A stretch of 64,000 nucleotides of DNA from Pecten maximus (Eukaryota), in contig NC_047028.1 in the NCBI RefSeq assembly GCF_902652985.1, positions 28,024,001-28,088,000 on the forward strand, read 5' to 3'. The notes beneath the pieces are model-generated. The model was not told where the DNA came from. It searched no databases and saw only the letters and a program-made list of their open reading frames with translations. This document shows, in pieces, positions 26,229-39,874 of the stretch; the first letter of the stretch is position 1; each line of letters begins with the position of its first letter. A program made the position numbers and the translations under genes.

Positions 26229-27789
26229 TGTCTTTTGCAACCAGTTATTTTGATATCAGTGAATTACATATTTTTGCCTTTTAACATTCAGTTTAAATTG
26301 TCGTTAGGCCGAAAACAATAGCATAAGATCAATTGCAATTGTCTACACTTATAGCCATTGTAGTGCTGGTTTTGCTGCACGTGCAAATACCCCATTAGCC
26401 AAAAACATGCGTTTGTAAGTCGTGCACATACGCGAGAAGGCACGTCAGGCTACAAAATCAATGTACGGCACGCGCTTGGCCTACTTGTCGAAAGTGACTT
26501 GGGAAGATGCCATTAACGTTTTGTTTACGAAGCAACATATCTGACAAGGAATGATGGCAAATGGCTGTCGACACTTCAACACACGAAGTAGCCAAGGAAT
26601 ACCGCCGAATCATTTCATTATCTGTTGGCCAAACTTTGTAATATACTCATCAACATTACCCCAGTCTATGTCCACTATAATGGTCAGACATATAGTGAAT
26701 CTCGACAATTATCAGACAGAAGTGAATTAAGATGTCTGCCGACCAAACGACATGAACATAATTGTGTCGTTACTGTCGTAATGAACACGAGGCACTTTGA
26801 TAGAATTACATACAGAAGCTGTCATTATTCATTAAGGAAGTTGTCATTTACATTGAAATCTGACATTAACAAAAGGATATTTTTTTTAAATAAGCGTTGA
26901 TTTTTTTTTATACAAGAGAATAATTGTCATTTACACACGAATTTACCAGGAAGTTGACTTTTACACAGGAAATTGCAATTTTCCGTGATAGGTTTTCTTT
27001 TTATACAGGATGTTTTGAGGTTGCCATGTAAACCGAAACGTGATCTCGGGTCTCCGTTACAAGAACATCCCCGGTGCTAGAATGATACATACATCGAGAG
27101 AAATCCTATAAAATACAGATCATCATTTTTTATTGGCGTTTACACAAACATAAAACTGTTTTCCTGCAGAACACACAAATCTACAGCAAAACTAAATGCC
27201 GCGCCACAAGGCATAAATCGTTGTCGACAGGTGGTGAGCGTAAGCCTGCATCATCTATAGAAAATACGTTACGGTCTTGGATTGAACTTTATCCCTATCC
27301 ACCAATAAAATCAAATATAAAATTATTCAAGCACTGTTTATAACAGAAAGGGAATTTTGTCGGGGTATACTAGACTTGTAAGCGCTACACCAACAAAAAC
27401 TCATATCTGCACGGGATGTGACGGCAAAGCAAATATACAGTTGTGGTTATAATTACATATTGTAGCTGTTAAGATATTTATGTTACAATATTTCCGGAGA
27501 TGTTGTATGTTATAATATACTACACACATGCAGTGTGGCTGAGGCTGAGGGATATTATATAATAAAGTCATACGACGTGGATAAGGCTGTCGTATGTATA
27601 ATTCAAATTATGTATATACATGTACAAGTATACAGATATTATACAGATATTTATATAGCAAATTGTATGGAGTTATGGTTTATACAGATATGCGTCACGA
27701 TAAGTATGGCCTTTGTTATGTCTAGATTTTATATACAGACATTAATTTTACAATGTTTTTGGGGGGTGTTATAATATATAATAAAATGT

Positions 27790-28580
27790 ACATGTATATG
27801 TATATGGGACTGTGGTATACTTTATATATACATAGATGTATATGTATAAGGGACTGTGGTATATTTTACATAGATTTATATGTATATAAGACTGTGGTAT
27901 ATTATATATATACATAGATTTGTATGTATATGGGACTGTGGTACATCATATATATACATAGATTTATATGTATATGGGACTGTGGTATATCATATATATA
28001 CATAGATTTATATGTATATGGGACTGTGGTATATTTTACATAGATTTATATGTATAAGGGACTGTGGTATATTTTACATAGATTTATATGTATAAGGGAC
28101 TGTGGTATATTTTACATAGATTTATATGTATAAGGGACTGTGGTATATTTTACATAGATTTATATGTATAAGGGACTGTGGTATATCATATATATACATA
28201 GATTTATATGTATAAGGGACTGTGGTATATTTTACATAGATTTATATGTATAAGGGACTGTGGTATATCTTATATATATATATATATGTATATGTCTATG
28301 GGACTGTGGTATATTATATATATATAATAGATTTACATGTATATGTCTATGGGACTGTGGTATATTATATATATATAATAGATTTACATGTATATGTCTA
28401 TGGGACTGTGGTATATTATATATATATAATAGATTTACATGTATATGTCTATGGGACTGTGGTATATTATATATATATAATAGATTTACATGTATATGTC
28501 TATGGGACTGTGGTATATTATATATATATATATATGTATATGTCTATGGGACTGTGGTATATCTTATATATACATAGATT
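27790..28580. repeat. Minisatellite GGGACTGTGGTATAT-(TA)n-CATAGATTTATATGTAT, 38-48 bp units
   Basis: About 18 units whose length is set by an internal (TA)n tract. Confidence 0.95.
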
Positions 28581-28852
28581 TACAAATCACATAATTATTT
28601 ACACGTCTATATATACAGAGTATAACAGTGTTGATGGGGCTGTGATATATGTTTATATACAGACATTTGTAATACACTATTAATATACAGACTTTTTATC
28701 ACAATGATTGTATACATACAATTACATTACAACGTTATATACTTACATTTATATTGAACGTTTACATACAAACATTTATATTGCAATGTTTACATACAGA
28801 CATCTATACTACAATGTTTATATACAAACAATTATATTACATACAACATAGT

Positions 28853-29350
28853 ATGTGGATGTGGTATACAGACTTTTATATCACGTGACTACATTTACTG
28901 AGTATTATGGTGATGTGGTATACAGACTTTCATACCACGTGACTACCTTTACTGAGGATTATGTGGATGTGGTATACAGACTTTTATATCACATGACTAC
29001 ATTTACTGAGGATTATGTGGATGTGGTATATCACGTGACTACATTTACTGAGGATTATGTGGATGTGGTATACAGACTTTTATATCACGTGACTACATCT
29101 ACTGAGGATTATGTGGATGTGGTATATCACGTGACTACATTTACTGAGGATTATGGTGATGTGGTATAGACTTTTATATCACGTGACAACATTTACTGAG
29201 GATTATGTGGATGTGGTATACAGACTTTTATATCACGTGACAACATTTGTTGGGGATAATGGGGGTGTGGTATACAGACTGTATATCACGTGACTACATT
29301 TGTTGGGGATAATGGGGGTGTGGTATACAGACTTCTATATCACGTGACTA
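28853..29350. repeat. 42/54-bp minisatellite carrying CACGTG in almost every unit
   Basis: Unit ATGTGGATGTGGTATA(CAGACTTTTATA)TCACGTGACTACATTTACTGAGGATT. Confidence 0.92.
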
Positions 29351-32300
29351 CATTGGCTGACGATTATAGAGAAATGGTATATATCTCTCCGTGTATTGGG
29401 CTATGGTAGAAACAGGAATGTTTTCGGCATAGCCGTATAATATTCTTTTGGGCCCGGATATGACGCTACAGGTGGCGTTACTGGTCAAGATGAGAAGTAT
29501 GTGATTGGTCAATGTAGCGGTAAATGCAAAATGCAGATATGCAGTTAAAAACGAAACAAAGTTAAGATGGAATGCAAGCTGAATAAGTGGATGTATCTTT
29601 TCAAATGACACCTCAATAAATGATATTCCTGATACAAATGCAGTCTTATTATCACCAAAAATGATCCAAACTGATATAATTTTATTATCCGTGCTGAAAC
29701 GCATTAGTTTGTTAATTTATTTCAACAGCAGTTTTACATTATAACAACAAGCATTACAACTATGCCGTTTATATTTTTTTTAAATATAGTTCTTGTTTGT
29801 ACTTTTATGGGATTGTACATGTACATACATGAACAAACATCTCTCACCAGCTGTTGTACGACTTCCCATCCATATGGTGCCGTTTGCATGTGAATGTTAG
29901 GGCCTACCTATAATTTTCATATGAAAATGATAACAGAGTACAGTTGATTTCCTCATTTCCTCTTAATTTAATACGGTTATTAAACAAAACCTACCCCCTA
30001 CCTAGAACACAATGTGTTACGTATAACATTCTAGCGTTCATGAATGCACACCTACAGGTGTATATATAGTTACATGATGCGATTCCACGTTTACAGGTGT
30101 GACATATCCCTCTGTTTCACTTGGTAGGGTTCGGTTTGGGTAGGGGAGGACGAACAAAGTACCCTTCCATATAAAAATGTACGCGAGTACATGTACAGTC
30201 GTAAACCCTGTAATTGATTTCACGGCCACATGTCTCTGTGCTCGAGAACATATGTACACAGTATTTACCTGAAACCACGATGATCAATACCAACTAGGAA
30301 CTATTGGACGGTGTAGGGTATAGTATTGGTAGCCATGGGGTAAAACGTGTCTGAATAAGTTCATCTGGCCCGGGGGTTGAAAAGAGATATAGGTACTAGA
30401 TCTATATGTACAGTAAATACACATATATATATATACTGTACCAACTGCAATTAACATAAAATTGTAAACACTTTACGATGTATACATGCAAATATCAGGT
30501 ACATTAACTAGATTTAATAACACACATGTATCTACATAAAACCCATTAATGAAGTTTTAAGTTACCTGGACTGGCACGAACAACGCCAATTATAAAACCG
30601 CGAATACACATCGCCATCTCCTATATACACGGCGAATGAACAAAGACGAGCGTCCATTGCCGAGTACATTCGCTACAGTTTCTTACCGTTTCGTTGCGTA
30701 ACAAGGCTTCGCCATCACGTCCCCATTACACAGAGTATATTTTTGTATACCAAGCACCAGTTGGCGAAAGTCTACCGAACCAGCAGGGACGTCTTGACAG
30801 CAAACAGCTGACTTTGATAGAGCCACTACTAGGTCAGATTTCGGTACACTAGCAAGGTCACGTGGTAGCTTTGTTTACATCACAGACTGATACTATAAAT
30901 AGACTTATGACGTATATGTACCGCGTGGCTGGAGTGGTAGTTACAATGGATTTATGTATTATACTTTTGTGTCTCCGAACGCTAGATTAGAGCATGACGT
31001 TAGCTGAAACTGGGGTTATGTCTGTACAAATGACATTACATATTTTTGCGTCAAAATTGACATAACTTCAAATGAAAAAAACTTAAACACGAGACATGTT
31101 CAGCGCCAACTGTAATACTGAAATGATATAAACACGTTCCATTTCAATAATTTCGTCGGTAATTCAAACAATTAAAACTAATTATAATGATCACCAATGT
31201 TGAGACATATACGATCGAGTATGCGTGTGCATTGCAGTACATGTACTCTCGGGTCACAGTTTTACTTATACTAAGCAGAGACCTACATGTATATACTAAC
31301 TTTATATAGGTCTCTGTATTAAGGCATATCTCGATTTTTAAAATGAAAACTAAGTTAGCAGGTTTCTTTTTTTTAATGCTAGAAAACTTCAAACATTGCC
31401 AATTAGTCCGATTATATCAGTCGTTTAATTGAGTATTATCAGTGTTGTCAGGGACGCATATATAAAATCTGATATTAAATTCCCGGTATTGAATATTATT
31501 TTAGTCAAATTATGGAGATGTGGGTATTTCAAATATATTTTTATATCTATTTTGTTCATATATAAAAACTGAACAACTATGTAAATCGAATGAACTCGGC
31601 AAGAGGACATGTAAAAATATACGGAAAATAATTTATATATACGTGATATATATAATATATAAATCATACTCTAAATAGCAGTCTTCAACGAGCCAATAGA
31701 TTTGGTATAAGTTCTCTGTCACCTATACCAGTGACGTCTGATATACACGTCTCTGCCGATTTTTTTTACCGCTGTAGGTGAAATGTCTATTTCCCTGTTA
31801 TTTCGTTAGTTTTTTTACGTCAATATTGTTAAGAAAGTGTAAATGACATCGAACATATGTCCAACATTTATATATCGACATGTACAGTAGATCTAAACGC
31901 GGAAAAAACACAAACTCAGTTCTTCAAGTGCAATGTAATTATAAAAAATTGTGTGTCATTTTGTATTTTGGCAAATTTTCAATACACCGATCTGACGTTT
32001 GAGTAAGTATTTGATTACACCTAATATGGAAGTCAGATTTCGATAAAAAAAAATATTGTAATTTATACACGTGACATTGTGATATACTATACGTTTGCCT
32101 GTGCACTGCACTCTTAATCTTTGAAATAGCTTACAGAAGAAAAAAATCCCTCTTGATCAGCATACTATTATGTAATACAGGTCCTCAGGTTACCGGCGTA
32201 TGTATACCCGTGACGGTCGCAATACATTCCTACAATACAAGTTTGGGTCGTTCTTTTATAACTAATTTAGTTAGAAAGCGCTCATTATAATTCCTCATTT

Positions 32301-33143
32301 TAGTTTTTATAATTCTAATTTAAAACAGGTATTGTGAAAACGTGACGCTGTAAAGGCTATTAAGCTATCTATCTACACTATTTTGGAAGATGGCTAAATT
32401 CGATAATGATTGTATAAAATTGTCTGTCAGTAGGAACAATGGTGATATGGTACACTATTTACGTCAGGTTCGTATACAATCGAGATCCAAGGGTTCCTAT
32501 TTCACTACCTTATACGGTGTAATATTACGTTTATGTGTAGAGAAGGCAATCAATTCTAAATCGAAACACTTTTATTTCGCAGATATGGACCCGGAGATGG
32601 TAGTACCAAATAAATAATAGAATGATTTTTCTCAAACCTCTAAATCAAACGTTAGATATTTCTATGATGGAGAGCTTTGTATATATCGATCAATCAAAAT
32701 GTCTAACGTCTGGTACTGGGGCCAGAGGAAACTCGGACTATATCTGCAGTGATATATAACCTGTTCATAAGTTAAAGTCCCATACTACAATGCATATCAA
32801 AACAATCTTGATCAAAAATTAATCATAGTCGTGGCCTGAGCACTGGTTATTTTGGACACTTACTGGACAACAAATCAAAAGTAAATAATTAATACAAACC
32901 TTCTATTTATGGTCCATACATGGATATTGTCCGCTAGTGATTTCTGTAGTATACGTGAGCATGTGTACAACAGCCGCCATTTTTCACCATTTATTGCAAT
33001 CAATGGTCAGAGATTCTTCTTTACAAGATTTTAAACGACTTCGAGCTTGGCTAGTCAAGCGAATTATATTTAAATACTTTTATCCCGGCTAACCCCGAGC
33101 TTATAACGGTTCTACATGTGTATGTGAATTACACACACACATG

Positions 33144-34613
33144 TATGGCAAGCCGTTTGGGTTTTTACCTATTGAAATGAAGATATCTCTATTTAATTAA
33201 AGATATCTCTATTTAAAATGAAGATATCTCTATTTAATTAGAGATATCTGTAATTTAAATAAAGATATCTCTATTTAAATAAAGATATGTCTAATTTAAA
33301 TACAGATATCTCTATTTCTACTGAAAATAGAGATATCTTCTTTTAAATTACAGATATCTCTATTTCAAATTCAGATATCTCTATTTGAATTACAGATATC
33401 TTTAATTGTAATTGAGATATCTCTATTTTAAATAGAGATATCTTTAATTCTTGTCCAATTAAAGATATCTTTATTTAAAATAGAGATATCTCTATTTGAA
33501 TTAAAGATATCCCTATTTTAAATAGAGATATCTTTAATTTTGTTTAAATAGAGATGTCTTCATTTTAAATACAGATATCTCTAATTCAAATACAGATATC
33601 TCTAATTCAATTAAAGATATCTATTTTAAATAGAGATATATTTAATTGAATTAGAGATATCTGCAATTACTTTGCAATACAGATATCTCTATTTCAAATA
33701 CAGATATCTCTATTTGAATTAAAGATATCTGTATTTACACGTGTTTGCTCAGTGCGAAGATTAATATTGAAACACAAAGAAAATAATGATTACTCCCTAA
33801 TCCTGATCAGTGTTAACGAAACGCTTGTAGTTAAATTGGACTATCCGGATCCCATATGCATGCTTGAGAGATGTAGGTCTAAACCGATAAACTTGCTACT
33901 TGGAGGGGATTTCTAAAGAACAGAATATGGCAACTGTTCTACGGGAAATAGAGCGAACTGTTGCGGCTATACGCAGTACTATTGAAAGCAGCACACGGTC
34001 TGCATTTCCCGCCATTTTGCGCCACTACTGCTTTACTTCCGTCATGCGCAAAAGGAAGAATCAAGGGAGCAGTCGTTTTTCCTATTTGATGGTTAAATAC
34101 AGATATCTCTATTTCATGTCAAATAAAGATATCTTTAATTCAAATAGAGATATCTGTATTTAAAATAAAGATATCTGTATTTCTACAACAATTAGAGATA
34201 TCTGTATTTGAAATAGAGATATCTTTAATTGAATTAGAGATATCTGTATTTGAATTAGAGATATCTGTATTTGAATTAAAGATATCTTTATTTTAAATAC
34301 AGATATCTTTATTTACAATGAAATGCAGATATCTCTAATTGAAATAAAGATATCTTTAATTGAATTAGAGATATCTGTATTTGAATTAAAGATATCTCTA
34401 TTTCGTGTTTAATTAGAGATATCTGTATTTTAAATAGAGATATCTCTAATTCAAATACAGATATCTCTAATTCAATTAAAGATATCTCTATTTAAATTAA
34501 AGATATCTCTATTTGAATTAAAGATATCTTTAATTTTTATATTAATAATGATATCTTTATTTTGAAAACAGATATCTGTATTTAATAGGTAAAAACCCAA
34601 ACGGCTTGCCATA
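33144..34613. mobile_element. Non-autonomous TIR DNA transposon (IS3EU-like ends) with internal 22-bp palindromic arrays
   Basis: Perfect ~30-bp TIR TATGGCAAGCCGTTTGGGTTTTTACCTATT / AATAGGTAAAAACCCAAACGGCTTGCCATA. TSD CACATG at 33138-33143 and 34614-34619. Confidence 0.9.
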
Positions 34614-35864
34614 CACATGTACCCTGAACGAAATGCAGTCGTGACGCGATAGTCTTCATTTGAATTTAATATACAGTGCATATCTACAGCATGACCTGTT
34701 CTTATGTACATTTAGAATGATTGTAAATAGGAATTTGATACATATATATATATATCATATGTAGGAAGAAGCATATACAATGTGCATACATATACAAATG
34801 TATATAAATTCAATTTGGCTGGCAAAGACTCAACATGGCCACATTGTTACAATAGTTCGCAATATATATTAATGTCTGCAAAGAAAACTAAGTTATATGT
34901 ATATATATGTGTCTATATGATATTGTATTTGTCTTTAGTTTTACCTCTGAAGTAAAAGCGTTCCTGGCGTGGAGGAAGTTTGTGGAACGGACGGATTGAT
35001 ATAAAGACATATCTTTAAAATAGGTCGTTAGCTATATACAAAAATAACATGGACTTCGGGACTTAACTTCAAGTCCATGTGGCGTCATCTGCCTTATATG
35101 GTATAGGCCTGACTATCTACAATGGGAAATTTACCGTAAATATAGACGAAATGACAAATGATGCAAATGACTTAATTGAGAAACGTTGTCATGTTGTTTC
35201 AAGGCCTCAATTCCCAAGTCAATCACACATTCGCTAACCTACTACAATAAATTAGCATAGTTTAAATCGTTCGTTAATTTGAATTACAAAACATCGCCAG
35301 GTCGAGTGCCAAACACTGTGTACAATCGGATTACCATGTGTATTGGTATTCGGGTTAATTCTCTTGGGATTAACGTAACAGGTACCATACCTAGCTCTAT
35401 TGTTCACGCTCATGCCAAAATAACATTGCGTGTAATATGAAAACATTAAAGCTTAATATTTACATTTCTCGCGGATTAAAAATGCTAGACTTGGCACAAA
35501 GACAACACTCACCAAGATAAAAGTTTATAGACTTGTGCAAGTTCCTAACTAATTAAACCGGATGTTTCCTGTAACACCTCCATCTTGTAAATATTTCGTA
35601 AGTAGAACACTTACACGTGTGTACTTATAAATAGGGACACTCCATGCAGGACACTTACTCATGTATCACCATCATCATCTCAATCACACGTACGTGTATC
35701 ACCTCGACACTTACAATTACAGTATCACCAAGATATGTACACGTCTGCTGTTCAGCGAGGTGCTCACCAACTACTACAAGGGGGCCACGCCTCAAAATGA
35801 CCATGGTTATATATATATATATTCATGGAGCGATACACTCAGCAAACAAACAAACAAATACATG

Positions 35865-36221
35865 TGAAGCGGAACTGGACCGGGTCAACTGGTAGAGCTA
35901 GAATCAGGTTAGTGTTCGGAGGTCTCAGGTTCGAACCCCGGTCTGGCCGTGCATTTATTTTCCATTCCTCTTACATTTGGTGTTTGTGACCAAACCTTGT
36001 TTCAAGTAAGGCGAATACTTGACAAGGGATACCCGAACCTGGGTTGTGAGTTGTTAGGTCTTCGGGGTCGAAGACTTTAAAAGGGAGGGAAGAGTGTAGC
36101 GGAACTGGACCGGGTCGATCATCGGCGACCTGGTAGCTCAATTGGTAGAGCATCCGGCTAGTGTTCGAAGGTCCCGAGTTCGAACCCCGGTCTGACAGTG
36201 CATTTACCCACTCCTCTTACG
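35865..36221 (+). mobile_element. TRIM (miniature LTR retrotransposon) with tRNA-derived LTRs, copy 1
   Basis: LTRs 35865-35975 and 36095-36221. PBS-like TGGTGTTTGTGACC follows the 5' LTR, PPT AAAAGGGAGGGAAGAG at 36079-36094, perfect TSD CATG (35861-35864 and 36222-36225). Confidence 0.9.
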
Positions 36222-36409
36222 CATGAACGTGCAATCATCATATGTGACACTTCCATACATATCACCATGTATGGCACTTACATGTGTATCAACTCATAGG
36301 ACACTTACACGTGTATAACCATGAAACACACGTGTATCACAATGACAATTAATTACACGTGTAACACCATGTATAGAATATCACTACCTACCTTCATATT
36401 TACAGACTG

Positions 36410-36542
36410 ACTTGCTCATTTTGATAATTATTTGCTCATTATTTGCCCATTATTTACTCATTTTGCCCATTATATTGCTCATTTTGCCCATTATTTGCTC
36501 ATTTTACCCATTATTTGCTCACGTTTACTCATTTTGCTCATA
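36410..36542. repeat. Short TTTGCTCATTA / TTTGCCCATTA tandem repeat
   Basis: 9-12 bp periodicity. Confidence 0.7.
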
Positions 36543-39500
36543 ACTAAACACGACATCATACAGCACACGTGTATTATCATGTACGAAACTTCCATACGAG
36601 TCACTTCCAACATAGGAAATTCCGTTATATATCATGCAATTATACAAACATATTTTGGAATTCTTTATCAGTATCCATACATATTATGTCAAACAGAAAC
36701 ATAAGGGCGGCCTCATGTACATGTTCAATTTACGATCAAAGATCTATTAATTGTTGATAAAGTGCCAAATTAAGTTTATTTTAATTAAAGTCAAACTGTA
36801 CTTAAGGACTCTGTAAAATGTATGTTTAACAAGGACGAACTGTATAGATATATGTAAACAGAGGAAGTTGTAGAAAAACTCACCCTTTCATTGTATATAA
36901 ATCCAAGTTTGGTTTGTCAAACAATGAAAACAACGCCGGAAGTAGTTTCACATGATTTCATGAATCAGACAACTGTAGTGTTTCAGTACAAAGGTAAAGG
37001 GTCACGAGGCTGGGATATTGCATCATAATATAATTAGTTGTCGTAACAGGACACAAGGACCCGTATAATACAAGTCATAATGACATTTAAAAAGCATTTT
37101 ATCGGTCCAGTGATTGTTCCAAGCGTGTAATCAATAACAAACTACACACGTATTCGGTAGATACACACGCTTAACGTGACTTTTAATCAGACTGTTGGAA
37201 ATGTATACCGAGTCCAAATAACTCAACAATATAATACTATTGTAATATCTATAAATCAAATTACATGATGTACAAGAAATAAATTGTTTAGACATTTATC
37301 ATGTTATAGAAATATTACACATGAAAGCCTTTTATAGTTCATAGCCGTTTACTTCTACTGTATAATTGAAATTCTGTGTTCCCCTATCTTTTTTCTTGCC
37401 TATTCTTTATCTGCTCTATTTAGATACTATGTAAATGCAATGTCTGTCTATTATTATCAGGCCATTGCTATGTTTTGCATATGTATACTATCATTGTGTA
37501 GAGGACATTGATAAGTTGCGATAACTTGTATCTGATCCTTTTGTGTAATATATTTGCAATAAAATTTATTTAAATGCATTTAAAATAAAAAAATCTGAAT
37601 TGTCATTTAACTGTGCAGGTAAGCGTTTGGGTCGATCATCGGCTACAGGTATAGTGTACGTCAAGCATTATGTACGTACTTCACCTCTCATGTACAGTTA
37701 CGTCATGTCGTCTGAAGACAGTTACGTCATGTGACATACAGGTTTATAGTTACGGCGTTTGTCATGTACATTTACGTCACTTGTCGTACATATTTATGCC
37801 ACGTGTCATGACATTTCGTCACGAGCTATGTACAGTCATGCCAGTGTTGTCTGTGAACAGTAACGCCAAGTTACGTGCCGTGCACAGTTAAGACACGTGT
37901 CATATACATGTACAGTTATGCCATATGTCGTCTGTAGACATCACGTGCAATGCACAGTTACAACGTCTATATTTACCTCACGCGTCATATACATGGTGTC
38001 TTATAGGACTCAAGGTAGACTCGGAATCCACTCGGAGTGCACTCCAAGTTTACCTGGAGTCCAAACGGAGTGCACTCCAAGTCCAAATGGAGTGCACTCG
38101 GAGTACACTTGGGTGTAACCTTTAGTCTACACTCAACTGTAGTTACGATTATTTTCATATCTGCCGTGTGGTGTACAGTAGCGGCACGTTTGGTGTACAG
38201 TAACGTCACGTGTCATATGTAAAATTTCGCCACGTGTGGTGTACATTTACGTCACGTGTCATGTACAGTTCGGTTACATGTGGTGTACAGTTAATGGGAC
38301 AATTTAGTCAAGTTCTGTATATTTATGTCACGAATCTTGTAGAGTACATCACATGCCTTGTAAAATAACAGCACGTGACATATACAGTAATGTCACGTGA
38401 CGTGTACTGTCACGTACCATACACATTTCCGCACGTGTTACATTAAACCATTTGCGAGTTTTTCTTGGGACCTATTGACAGTATATTGATTCAAAATACA
38501 TTGCGCTGACCTGTCGACCTATAATGGTGTCCTATGTAAAGTGTCGACAATCGCCGACCTACATGTACCGACCTAATTCGAGATACAGTGCCGACCTGTC
38601 TATACCTAAGAATAAAGACAATATGTTGCCTCCTGGTCGTTCTCATTCTTATTCACCTAATTAGTTCCATATACAATTACTGTACATGCATGTATAGCGT
38701 GATAATTGTCTGTCTCATTTAGTAGTTAATCCAAGATGTTCGTGGAACGGACGTGAAGAGCTCTACACGTGGACAAGATAACGCTTATTCACAAAACCTC
38801 CGTGCATGCTCCGCATCTGAAGACAAGTACACGTGACTCCACCAATCACATCTAAGACCTTGGATTATGTAGGGAACAATCACGCGCACATGTTCTACAA
38901 TGTACCTACATGACCTCTGTAATATCTGTGTCATGTTTTATAATTATCTGATGTACATGCAGCGTTGACGTCACTTCCTGGCCAACAGCTAGATCACAAT
39001 GATGCACCATCTATTGGAACTAATTACAACAGTATTAATGTAAGCCAGTCGGCCAACTGACGTTATATTCGTACTCACCCTTGTGGGGTGCATTCACCGT
39101 TTCATTGGGTCAAAATCTCTTCGTCGCCTAAAGGAGACGAATTTTAAAGTAATTTTCTTGTTTATCCATAATTCAACATTAAATCGAAGTGCGTATGGGA
39201 CTTTTTTAGCAACGGAATGAACTAAAATAAAAACTTTTTGAAATTCTGATGGACTTGTGGCGTGCACCCTAAAAGACTGTCGATAGACAAAATCCTACAC
39301 CTACACAAGTCAGCCTTGGCCGTTCGTCCGGATTCCGCAGACGCTGGTAACACATGAACGTTTGATTGGGTCCTTGTCCAAAGTCGTGTCATCATGACCG
39401 TGTCATGCATAGCTGTTACCAGGGCGTACAATACTGAAATCCTCTATGTTGACAGTTTTCTTTGTTCCGTGTTTAAAGATGTACTATAAGATGGCAGGGT

Positions 39501-39798
39501 TGCTAATCGCATTAGACGACAGAGGTTTGATACCTGATCGAAGGTAGTGGCCACATGGATTGTCCCATCACTAATACCAATTACGTGTTTCCCCTGGGCA
39601 ACCAATTTCATTTTTATCATAATTGTAAAAAAAAAGTACAATCAACAAAAACTAAAATAAATAAATGAATGAATATCGGCATATGATATCGCAGCTATGT
39701 TACGATACGTAGCCAGAGTGGTATTTGAACCTAGAGCCTTCTGACTCTAGACGGACGCTTCCTGGTGTAACTTCATTCAGAGGCCTCAGGGTATGCTG

Positions 39799-39874
39799 TA
39801 TCCCGAGTTTCATCTGGCCCTGACACGATGTCTGGTGTAGGACATGGTGTCAGGGCCAGAGGAAACTCGGGCCA
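39799..39874. mobile_element. 76-bp hairpin MITE with 9-bp TSD (AcademH-like)
   Basis: CCCGAGTTTCATCTGGCCCTGACAC...GTGTCAGGGCCAGAGGAAACTCGGG flanked by GGTATGCTG at 39790-39798 and 39875-39883. Confidence 0.85.

Noticed and set aside
28246-29169. Tyr/Val-rich repeat ORFs
   Set aside because: Minisatellite translations.
36124-36198. Bona fide tRNA-Thr gene(s), or simple SINEs
   Set aside because: The four tRNA-like copies sit inside TG...CA direct repeats with PBS, PPT and TSD, and have stem mismatches or indels. They are better explained as LTR components.
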